DNA from: Methanobacteriota archaeon
GTDB taxonomy: Archaea > Halobacteriota > Bog-38 > Methanoflorentales > Methanoflorentaceae
Reading direction: 5' to 3'
DNA length: 38,352 bases
NCBI GenBank assembly: GCA_003139855.1
Contig: PLGY01000062.1
Location: 27,012-65,363, forward strand
Shown here: one piece after another, positions 30,516 through 38,352 of the stretch
Layout of the letters: every line of letters begins with the position of its first letter
Position numbering within the stretch: position 1 is the stretch's first letter
The notes under the pieces: model-generated
The model's database searches: none
What the model saw: the letters and a program-made list of their open reading frames with translations, nothing else
What the model was told of the DNA's origin: nothing
Made by a program: the position numbers and the translations under genes

Positions 30516-30980
30516 ATGACGAGCCGTCTGCAAATTGGCATTATCGGAAGCAGGAGCTGCTCGAGCAAGATTGCGAGTATTGCCGAGCGCACAGGAAGCC
30601 TCATAGCGTCTCGCGAGGCGACCCTTATCTGTGGGGGAATGGGGGGAGTTATGGAAGCCGCTGCGCGCGGCGCACAGGCTGCAGGGGGGCTCACCGTAGG
30701 AATTCTTCCCGGTCCCTCGAAAACCGAAGCGAATCCCTTCATCGACGTTAAGATCCCAACGGACATGGGCTATGCGCGAAATGCGATTATCGCGCGAGCA
30801 GCCGATTGCCTCATCGCGATCGCCGGCGAGTTTGGCACACTCTCAGAAATTGCCCTCGCCCTCCAAATGGCAAAACCGGTGGTGACTTTAGCCTGCAAGT
30901 GGAAAATCGAGGGGACGGTTCTCGCCGACTCACCGGAGGCGGCGGTTGAGACGGCCCTCCGTCTGTGTGCTAAGCCCTAA
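30516..30980 (+). CDS. LOG/SLOG Rossmann-fold protein (TIGR00725-like)
   Basis: IGIIGS, CGGMGGVMEAAARGA, VGILP, ARNAII and GEFGTLSEIA motifs. Start re-called to ATG 30516. Confidence 0.9.
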   Translation: MTSRLQIGIIGSRSCSSKIASIAERTGSLIASREATLICGGMGGVMEAAARGAQAAGGLTVGILPGPSKTEANPFIDVKIPTDMGYARNAIIARAADCLIAIAGEFGTLSEIALALQMAKPVVTLACKWKIEGTVLADSPEAAVETALRLCAKP

Positions 30981-31025
30981 GCAAACGCTATGTACCTGAA
31001 GCCTCTATAGAGCTACTGGGATTAA

Positions 31026-31787
31026 ATGAACATTATTCTGCTCGGGACGGGCGTCGCCATTCCACAGCTCGAAAAGGCCCAGTCGGGCATTCTCGTTAAG
31101 ACCCCGGAAGAACTGCTACTCTTTGATTGCGGGGCAGGCATCCTGGGCCGTATCGTGCAGAGCGGCTACGATTATTGCAAAATACACAAGGTTTTTTTCA
31201 CCCACCACCACCTCGATCACAACTCTGACTTTTTGGCACTGCTCAAAGCGCAGCAACTGACCGCCCTCGATTCAGACGCGCAGGTGGAGACGATGAACGT
31301 GTATGGTCCCGCCGGCACGCAACACCACGTTGCGCAGTTGCTCGAGCTCTACGACTATCTTACCGTCAATGTCGACGTAACAGAGCTTGATGACGGCGAC
31401 AGCATTCGTGTTGGAAACGGAGTGGCCTCCGTTCGGGCGACGAAGCACAGCGTTTCGTCAATCGCGTACCGTATGCAAACCCCGACGTCGACGCTAGTGT
31501 ATTCAGGCGATACCGAACCTGCAGAAAGCGTCCGCGATCTTTGTCACGGCGACGTTGACGTGCTAATCCACGAGTGTTCGTTCCCTGATGCGTACGCGTC
31601 CGTCTCGAACCACACGACGCCAGCCAAGCTACGCGATCTAATATATGACCAGCACATCGACCGCATCGTGCTTACCCACCTCTACCCGCACGCGAGCGGG
31701 CATGAGGATGCCATGGTCGACGTCGTTAAGGAGAGGTTCCCCGGAAGGGTTGACGTCGCGTACGACCTGATGAAGATCTTTCTCTGA
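31026..31787 (+). CDS. Metallo-beta-lactamase-fold hydrolase, RNase Z/BN-like without exosite
   Basis: LGTG, FDCGAG, THHHLDH, YSGDT, HECS, NHTTP and LTHLYP motifs. Confidence 0.88.
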   Translation: MNIILLGTGVAIPQLEKAQSGILVKTPEELLLFDCGAGILGRIVQSGYDYCKIHKVFFTHHHLDHNSDFLALLKAQQLTALDSDAQVETMNVYGPAGTQHHVAQLLELYDYLTVNVDVTELDDGDSIRVGNGVASVRATKHSVSSIAYRMQTPTSTLVYSGDTEPAESVRDLCHGDVDVLIHECSFPDAYASVSNHTTPAKLRDLIYDQHIDRIVLTHLYPHASGHEDAMVDVVKERFPGRVDVAYDLMKIFL

Positions 31788-32231
31788 TTACGCTGTTTTC
31801 GTGCCTTGCGCCGCCTCTGCGACGTCTGCAACAGCTCCTGCAGCGAGAATAATCTGGCCACGCTCGCTGATCGCGTGCCGAACGCGCGAATTGCTGCCGA
31901 TCGTCACGTCGCCAACCGCGTCGATCTTGTTGACTTGCGAGTCGCTGCCGATGTCGGCCTGTTCTCCGGCTTCAATGTGGTGCGCCTTGAATCCGCTCCC
32001 CGTCTTGATCCCGCCGGTAATTACCGTTCCCTTGACGTGACAGTTATCGCCGAAACTAGCCTCAGAGCACTCAATAGAGCCGTTGATTACGACGTTGTTC
32101 TCAGTCGTCAAAATGCCGTAGACGTTGATCGTCGCGTCCTTGTCTACAGGGTACAGCTGGGTGTTCGCTTCAAGGTACAGATCCTCGTTAAGCTCCTTCA
32201 GATTTGCTTGTTTGCCGCGTTCTATACGCAT
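31788..32231 (-). CDS. Beta-solenoid (bactofilin/polymer-forming-like) protein
   Basis: Repeating V-x-G-x-I strands: INVYGIL, VVINGSI, CHVKGTV, IDAVGDVTIGSNSRV. Confidence 0.65.
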   Translation of the reverse strand: MRIERGKQANLKELNEDLYLEANTQLYPVDKDATINVYGILTTENNVVINGSIECSEASFGDNCHVKGTVITGGIKTGSGFKAHHIEAGEQADIGSDSQVNKIDAVGDVTIGSNSRVRHAISERGQIILAAGAVADVAEAAQGTKTA

Positions 32232-32242
32232 TTTTTCACCTC

Positions 32243-32623
32243 TTACCTAATCCCTCCGAGCAGCTCATCTGAGGTAATCGCGTGCGCATATTTCTTGAGC
32301 TGCAGCACGCCACCGATTGCGTCGAGCGCTTGAATCTTGCCCTTCACCGACTTCAATGAAGCGTCATCGCGCACGAGGAAGATTGCTTTGTCACACACGG
32401 AGAGCAGCGCCTTTGCGACGCTCTGCGTGAGGAAGTCCGTGGGGACCTCGCCTCCGGTGGGGCAGAAGAAAAATCCGAGCTTGGACGTCGGGAGATTTGC
32501 GTGGTCTTTTCTGGTCCAGATGACATCGATTTCGCCCGCGCCGATGTCAACGGCCGATTGGACCTCGTAGTTGAGTGCGCGCCCGGTCGCTTTGCACTCG
32601 TTGATCAGTTCTGCGTCTTTCAT
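32243..32623 (-). CDS. Hypothetical protein, possible degenerate PD-(D/E)XK fold
   Basis: YEVQSAVDIGAGEIDVIW resembles the nuclease-fold ID-V motif. TTTTAAAT lies about 28 nt upstream of ATG 32623, and its 3' end carries the GAGGTG RBS of the next gene. Confidence 0.6.
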   Translation of the reverse strand: MKDAELINECKATGRALNYEVQSAVDIGAGEIDVIWTRKDHANLPTSKLGFFFCPTGGEVPTDFLTQSVAKALLSVCDKAIFLVRDDASLKSVKGKIQALDAIGGVLQLKKYAHAITSDELLGGIR

Positions 32624-32798
32624 ATTCACCGAATGAACCACGACGCGGCGATTTAAAAGCGTTGTTGCCGTTTTTCACGCAACTGAAGACACGTGAAGCA
32701 CAAAAGGTAGTGCGGCGACTATCGCCAGGGCTAGTAAAGCTTTAAGGCTAGGAAAGCCGAACACCCAAAAAAAGAGAGGTCGCGTATGCGACTTCCGA

Positions 32799-32945
32799 TC
32801 ACGATGCGAACGATTCGAAATGCTCCTTGAACTCAGCACGTGAGCACTCGTGACACAATTTAGCAAACCACGTCTTGATAATAATTGGGTTGCCGCACCG
32901 CTCGCAGTATGCGGTTTCCTGTGGTACGGTATCAATCTCGATCAT
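32799..32945 (-). CDS. Zinc-finger micro-protein (48 aa), not in the ORF track
   Basis: MIEIDTVPQETAYCERCGNPIIIKTWFAKLCHECSRAEFKEHFESFAS*, with CxxC-13-CxxC spacing, an upstream GAGTGA and a TTAAAT box. Confidence 0.7.
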   Translation of the reverse strand: MIEIDTVPQETAYCERCGNPIIIKTWFAKLCHECSRAEFKEHFESFAS

Positions 32946-33318
32946 CTTATCACTCACTGTCACAGCACATAGAACACACTAGATTTAAGGCTTACGCTCT
33001 GGACTTTTTTTGCTCGCTTTGCTTTGTCGTGGCAATTCGGCTTTCAAAAACCGCTTTGCCGGCGAGGCGTCCATTCGACTGCGTCCGTTCGACTCGTAAG
33101 AAGCAACGGCAGCAATATTTAACATTAGTTTTTATTCCATCAATAATATATAATTCTTCTTAAAGTGACATTAGTCGGTCTTCGGACGATCATTAGCATA
33201 CGTCCGAGATTTATGCTGTCAGACAACATAAAGAAAACATTGCTGTTTCACAGCGGGAGTAGCCGGGTGATATAAAAGATCGAGCAACAAAATGCTGATA
33301 ACGCCTCGTTTCCTTTTT

Positions 33319-33483
33319 CTATCGTGCCGCGCTATCGCTGTCCTTCGTCGCGCTCGCGATCCGAGGCTTTCGTATAAACTGCAAATATACCCACACCACG
33401 ACTACGAGGAGTGCTCCCGGCGGGAATATGAACAGCAGGTAGATAAAAGCTATCAACAGGATTACTGAATTGAGGAGACTCAT
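33319..33483 (-). CDS. Small membrane protein (54 aa), not in the ORF track
   Basis: MSLLNSVILLIAFIYLLFIFPPGALLVVVVWVYLQFIRKPRIASATKDSDSAAR* is a hydrophobic hairpin with a PPG turn followed by basic residues. TTAAAG lies about 30 nt upstream. Confidence 0.6.
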   Translation of the reverse strand: MSLLNSVILLIAFIYLLFIFPPGALLVVVVWVYLQFIRKPRIASATKDSDSAAR

Positions 33484-34738
33484 GCTCAACACGTTATAAG
33501 GGGGGATTACGCTTTAAGCGTTTCTTCTCCTGGTCTCTGCAAAATAGTCCAAATTCGAAGGCTTTGATTGCAGCCAAAATCGCGCAAAATATCTCTTAGA
33601 GCTAATAGGCTGAGATATTTACGCAATAGCTATTGCTCGCTTCTAGAGGCATTTGGCACGCTAATCCGTCTGGTTTTCGGAGCCGGTGGCAAAGCGCACG
33701 CCGCCAACTGCTCTAAACCACAATAGTGCGCAGGAAAATCCTATTTGAGCGGCACAGTAGCTGGATGGTACTCAGTTTCTGGAAGTAGCAAGGCCAGAAA
33801 TGACCGCGCGACACGGACTAGCTAGATTCGTGCAGAAGAACTGGGAAAAGGTTGGTATCTTAATTTGATTGTGAGGAACCTCCGGCTGCTCCTCTTTATA
33901 AAAAAAATCAAAAGCTAGAAAGCACTTTGTGCCTAGAATGGCATTTTTGAGCTTGTCGGCAGCATTGCGCTCACTTCCCATGAAAGGTATAAATCGAAGA
34001 GGCGCGTATAATTAAGGTACGCTCTATAGGATGTGTGGAGGAAAAGCTAGCTTCCAATGGCTTTTGGAGTAGAGCTTTCGGGGCAGAGAAACCTCTGCTC
34101 TGAAGCATTGGGCGAACTCGCCTTGGCTCTCAAACACGCCATTGGAAGGGATCGCTTTCGCTATTCATATATCCTACAGAGTCCAACTTCACTTTTTTGT
34201 CGATAATTCGAGCGTGTTTGACTGTGCGTTCTTCTTCCGTTGTGAGCATCACGCTCGCAGCTCGCTCTTCTTATGTTCGATTGGCCCCTTTGAGGTAAAA
34301 AAACACGCCATTCATAACGCGCTGTTAACAGAAGAGCCGAAATGTTCTCCCGACGCTTCCTTCCCTTAGCGTCGTAATCCGAAACGCCTCGAAGAAACCC
34401 AAAAAATCGTTCGTTCACTCTTCATACACAGCTGCTACTTCTTGAAGGCTAGCGGCATCGTTCCAGGGCCTGAATTCCAGTCGCCAAAAAAATCCTTTTC
34501 CGCTTTTGAAGTATGACTAGCCAGGCGTTATAAAAAAATCGATGCGGTGTAGCCCGTTTAAACGCCAGCCCAGAAAGCGTGTTCGATCCGAGCAACGAGC
34601 ATCACTTTGCGGGCTCGAATTGCAAGACCATTTGCTTTTAGTAGCGTAAGCTTAAATGGAGATAGGAGATCTTTGGCGCATGCGGAAGCACGTGATGCGT
34701 TCCACCTGCTGCGCTTGTGAAAAAGGAAGTAAGGAAAT

Positions 34739-35218
34739 ATGAAAAACATTGTAGAGACAGCAATCGATGATAGTTCTTTCACAGTGCTGGTAACAGCAGT
34801 GAAGGCGGCAGCCGGTCTCGTCGACGCCTTGAGCGGACCTGGGCCCTTTACGCTCTTTGCTCCGAACGATGACGCGTTTGCCGAGTTGCCTGCCGGTACA
34901 GTAGACGAATTGTTAAAAGACAAAGACCGACTCACTGCAGTGCTTGCCTATCACGTAGTGCCCGGCAAATACATGGCAATCGACCTTATGAAAATGACGA
35001 CAGCAAAGACCGTTCAGGGGGCGACCCTAACGATTGCAACAGAGACAGCAGTCATCGAGGAGGACACGGTGGTCGTTGAAGATAACGTCGTTGTCGAAGA
35101 CGATGAAATCGCGGCATTTGAAGAGCTAACGGTGGACGATGCCATCGTTCTTCAGGCGGATATTGAATGCACTAATGGTGTAATTCACGTTATTGATTCC
35201 GTCCTTGCGCCTGAATAA
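34739..35218 (+). CDS. Fasciclin (FAS1) domain protein
   Basis: [21 protein letters not shown] and [16 protein letters not shown] motifs. Confidence 0.93.
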   Translation: MKNIVETAIDDSSFTVLVTAVKAAAGLVDALSGPGPFTLFAPNDDAFAELPAGTVDELLKDKDRLTAVLAYHVVPGKYMAIDLMKMTTAKTVQGATLTIATETAVIEEDTVVVEDNVVVEDDEIAAFEELTVDDAIVLQADIECTNGVIHVIDSVLAPE

Positions 35219-35230
35219 TGCGCGAGTGTA

Positions 35231-35258
35231 GCCAGGGGACCTCCTGGCCTCTTTTTTT
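35231..35258 (+). terminator. Hairpin plus U-tract terminator
   Basis: GCCAGG-GGACCT-CCTGGC followed by CTCTTTTTTT, 13 nt after the fasciclin stop. Confidence 0.6.
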
Positions 35259-35649
35259 ATGTGCGCCGCACGCATCGCGATGTTCGCTGTGTGCAGGTCT
35301 TGCGACAGGGACATATTATTACGTTTTCTGACATCGTTGGAACTCACACATCAACCCCCCGGCGGAGCACCTTTTACTCGAATCTTCTCTGCTGCGAGTG
35401 CATGCTAGCGGGTTACTCACTTTCGTAATGTATGGCAGGCCATTCGCACGCAAAGCGTTTAGGAACATCGCAAACCAGCTTCGCGTTCCATTTGGTTAAA
35501 AAAAGTTTTCATCTCTCTGGCCGTTGTCGCGCGCCATCTGGAACTCACGCGCTTGCACCCTCTTGCGTGCCCTTTATCTGCGTACCCGCTAGGTCTAATA
35601 CAGGAATGACGCAGTCGGGGTAACAGGAGCGCGTTGACGAAATGGTAGT

Positions 35650-35946
35650 CTACTTTATGGGTACCATAAAGCCTGCAATTCGCTCAGCTAACGGTATAGT
35701 CACCTTTAAAAGTCCATTCGAGAACGTCGCTATTGCTTTTGTAGGAACGGTCTTGTGGGTAAGTACCCAGCAGCCGCTATACTTGATATCGTCTCGGGGT
35801 GCCGTGACACAAAACCCATTTTCCATCGCCTCAAATTCGATATCCTTCTTGTGCACGCCAGGGAGTTCCACTACAATGGTGTAAGTTTCCGTATCGTGAT
35901 AGAAAACTGCATCTGGTGCGACCGGGATCCGTTCTTTTTCAGGCAC
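35650..35946 (-). CDS. Small heat-shock protein (Hsp20/alpha-crystallin), copy 1
   Basis: VELPGVHKKDI, ATFSNGLLKVTIP and a C-terminal VPI motif. GTG start after GGTGAT. Confidence 0.9.
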   Translation of the reverse strand: MPEKERIPVAPDAVFYHDTETYTIVVELPGVHKKDIEFEAMENGFCVTAPRDDIKYSGCWVLTHKTVPTKAIATFSNGLLKVTIPLAERIAGFMVPIK

Positions 35947-36123
35947 TGATGATCACCACTGGAATGTTCACTTCAAACACCTAAATAGCTTTGCCGAGCG
36001 CTAAAGCCGCAAAACCGGCATCTTGTAACGTGCGCCGAGGCATCAAGAAAACGAGAGCTAAGGCACTGATTAGTGACCCAGATATAGCCTTGCCCACGCC
36101 GTTAGTGCACCTTTTGTACTGTG

Positions 36124-36558
36124 CTAGCATCGCTTAAGGTCATGCGCGCCCGTAAGGTGCTTCGATGCGAGGGCCGAATCAAATTCGTAGGTAGTGGCTC
36201 CTTCCTGATGCGCACTTGATGAGTTCCTTTTTGACAGCTGTACCTCGAGTATCCACGCCGTTACCGTGTCGGCGAGCGTGTCCTTGAACTCTCCTTTCAG
36301 GGTGAGGCCCTCTTTAGCGATGAAATACTCATTGAGCTGGTGGATCAACTCCTGGTTTTGTTGACTCTCGAGGCTAATTACCCCACGGGTGTCTTCTAAT
36401 CCGGAAAGCCTCGCACCTGGCTTTTCGAAGTTTGACGCCGAGAGCTCATCTTGCTTAACCGTGAAAGTGACCGTTCCGTGACCGGCGTGAGGCACCTCAT
36501 CAAGACAAAAGGTGACATCGCCGACGCTTTCAAAAGTGCGTTCGTGTATTTTAATCAC
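36124..36558 (-). CDS. Hypothetical protein
   Basis: 144-aa ORF with protein-like alpha/beta composition and CTTAAG about 25 nt upstream. No family recognised. Confidence 0.55.
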   Translation of the reverse strand: MIKIHERTFESVGDVTFCLDEVPHAGHGTVTFTVKQDELSASNFEKPGARLSGLEDTRGVISLESQQNQELIHQLNEYFIAKEGLTLKGEFKDTLADTVTAWILEVQLSKRNSSSAHQEGATTYEFDSALASKHLTGAHDLKRC

Positions 36559-37133
36559 CAGAACAAAATGCGTCGGGTTCCTTAAGACTATCGTAGTTCC
36601 ACATCAAGTTGGATTTTTGTAAGTGTATTTGGAAGCAAGAACAACGGAGAATTAGAATGATTTGGGGACACACCAAAGAAGTTGGAAAACATTGGCTAGC
36701 TCGCTTTGATTAGTAGCAAAGAACTAAGGATAAGTCGGCAAATTGCTCGCCAATTATGTTAAAAACGGCTGCTGTGTACGAAGTGCGCCTAGTATGCCGC
36801 GATGCACGGCGGGGTGAAGAGTTGGCGGCCACCATGCCGGCGGGCAGATCCGTCAACCGTGACCAGCCACGACGCCGTGAACGTGTATCTAACGAGCTTA
36901 AGCTGATGGAGAGGGCAGTCGATTCTTCATCCTCGCCTGCACGACTATCTCCCGAGACATCGATCGATGAGTTTCGACAGGTAATCACAACCGCGACGCG
37001 AACGAGAGAGCACGATCAATGCAATGGACGATTTATAAGGGCATTTTTAAGAAGACCGGCGTCACAGCCATCGTTCTTGGCTAGACAGACCGTTGCGTAA
37101 TTCGGCCACGGCGCTAAACGTAATCGACGTCGA

Positions 37134-37313
37134 TCATTTTTCCTCGGCTCTTTTTATCGCTATGCGCTCTATTACATTCTCGTACGCGTCTCGAAGCCCG
37201 CGGCGAGTGTTGAGACCGTTATAACCGCTTGGGTCATCAACATTTGTCTGAAGCTCTTCGATCTGCTTCTTGCAGAAGGCTACGACATCCTCTAATATCT
37301 GTTCACAATTCAT
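37134..37313 (-). CDS. Small helical hypothetical protein (59 aa)
   Basis: MNCEQILEDVVAFCKKQIEEL...RRGLRDAYENVIERI has an amphipathic helix pattern. AAGGA lies upstream of the ATG. Confidence 0.5.
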   Translation of the reverse strand: MNCEQILEDVVAFCKKQIEELQTNVDDPSGYNGLNTRRGLRDAYENVIERIAIKRAEEK

Positions 37314-37432
37314 TTTCAATCCTTTGTTGCTGTTCGAATTCGGCGCGTAGAACAAGACGGCCGTCCAGAGTTCGGGGCCACAGCTAGCTTCGCACCATGA
37401 CCATCACGCGCGGCTCCAATGAACATGGCAGA

Positions 37433-37729
37433 CTATTTTATGGGTACCTTGATGCCCTCAAGTCGTTCCGCTAGCGGTATAGTCACTTTCAGAAGGCCAT
37501 TTTCGAACGTGGCCGTTGCCTTTTCTGGATTTATGGTATGAGAGAGTGTCCAGCAGCCGGCATATTCGATATCGTCTCGAGGCGCTGAGAGACAAAACCC
37601 GTTTTCCCCAGCTTCAACTTTGATGTCCTTCTTATCTGCGCCGGGAAGTTCCACTTCGATGGTGTAGTTTTTCTTGTCGTGATACAAGAATGCATTCGGC
37701 GCGACAAAGATGCGTTCTTTTTCAGCCAA
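37433..37729 (-). CDS. Small heat-shock protein (Hsp20/alpha-crystallin), copy 2
   Basis: VELPGADKKDI, ATFENGLLKVTIP and VPIK. TTG 37729 after GGTGAT gives 98 aa, collinear with copy 1. Confidence 0.9.
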   Translation of the reverse strand: MAEKERIFVAPNAFLYHDKKNYTIEVELPGADKKDIKVEAGENGFCLSAPRDDIEYAGCWTLSHTINPEKATATFENGLLKVTIPLAERLEGIKVPIK

Positions 37730-38139
37730 TGATATCACCGCTTAGAATTACTTTTGAATGATTAAGTAGCTTTGCCGGGTCTAACGCCATAGAATCTCAT
37801 TTTGCAGCAGGCGAACTGCTCTTTTTGCTTTCTTTGCGTCGTTGCGTTAAACCAATGCGGCGTAGGATTATGGCGGCATCTCGAAAAAACGGGCTATGTG
37901 AGCGTAGATTATCAAAAGGAAACACCTGTCGCTCGATGGAAAGTTGCGCTCGCGGAAAGTTGCGAAACAAACTATCATGCCCACATGCAGGAATCTACTT
38001 GCATTGTTTGCCCGTCGAACTGCTCTGAACGGCTGTATATGCGTCAGACGTCAAAAAAGAGGAGAAAAGCGGAGCGCCTTCCAACGGTTATAGCAGACCA
38101 ATAGTGACGTTCACGACCTTATAAACACGAACTTGACCC

Positions 38140-38352
38140 TCAGTTACGTGGCGGTTTTCCCTGTGTACTACGTGCGAAGCTGTCGTCGCTGTGTCGCATC
38201 TTCGTTATCCAGCTCGCGAGCTCTTCCGGACGCTCGTATCGATATCCCTCCAGCTGGAAACCGAGTATGGCCTCGTCGCCGACAGCGCGAGGCGGCAATG
38301 CGTCCGGGTAAAAGAAGACGTGATGCCCTACCTTACGATACTCGCGGTTGAT
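38140..38352 (-). CDS. 3' end of an unidentified CDS entering from beyond the window
   Basis: Open minus frame INREYRKVGHHVFFYPDALPPRAVGDEAILGFQLEGYRYERPEELASWITKMRH...PPRN* with protein-like composition. Confidence 0.5.
   Translation of the reverse strand: MNREYRKVGHHVFFYPDALPPRAVGDEAILGFQLEGYRYERPEELASWITKMRHSDDSFARSTQGKPPRN

Noticed and set aside
33772-34418. Short ORFs in the gene-poor tract, including a 39-aa minus-strand MLTTEEERTVKH... frame
   Set aside because: No motifs and weak translation signals; cannot be supported.
36756-37100. 114-aa plus-strand ORF
   Set aside because: Arg/Ser-rich low-information composition with no motif; uncertain.
37802-38351. Plus-strand Cys-containing ORFs at 37802, 37825 and 38133
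   Set aside because: No coherent metal-binding pattern or RBS; the 38133 ORF is antisense to a more protein-like minus frame.

Overview
Archaeal chromosomal window, most likely a methanogen-related member of Halobacteriota (inferred from a methanogen-type class II SerRS, a Fae-Hps fusion, an HMf-type histone, a long-form DTD2 and the dtdA-ftsZ-secE-spt5-rpl11-rpl1-rplP0-rpl12 block). Positions 1-32.6 kb are gene-dense housekeeping and metabolic DNA. They include a sugar-nucleotide cluster (GalT-like, CBS-ParB, GT4, degenerate NTP-transferase-cupin), rraA-tpiA-fae/hps, purL, the ribosomal block, initiator tRNA-Met, thioredoxin, a hydrogenase protease, dCMP deaminase, iorAB, a TPR protein and an aminotransferase. 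Two putative DNA-repair genes are degraded (DUF72 pseudogene; endonuclease V with lost catalytic Asp residues and an amber stop). Positions 32.6-38.3 kb are gene-sparse and carry micro-proteins missed by the ORF track, a fasciclin, two duplicated minimal Hsp20 genes with a shared promoter motif, and orphans. I found no CRISPR array, transposase or integrase, and no single obvious new system. The best leads are a SecE with a sequon-rich extracellular tail, a two-gene nuclease-fold/beta-solenoid operon, the CBS-ParB/GalT/GT4 cluster with a probable CTG start, and an RNase Z exosite-like arm on DTD2. All family calls come from motif recognition by eye, not from database searches.
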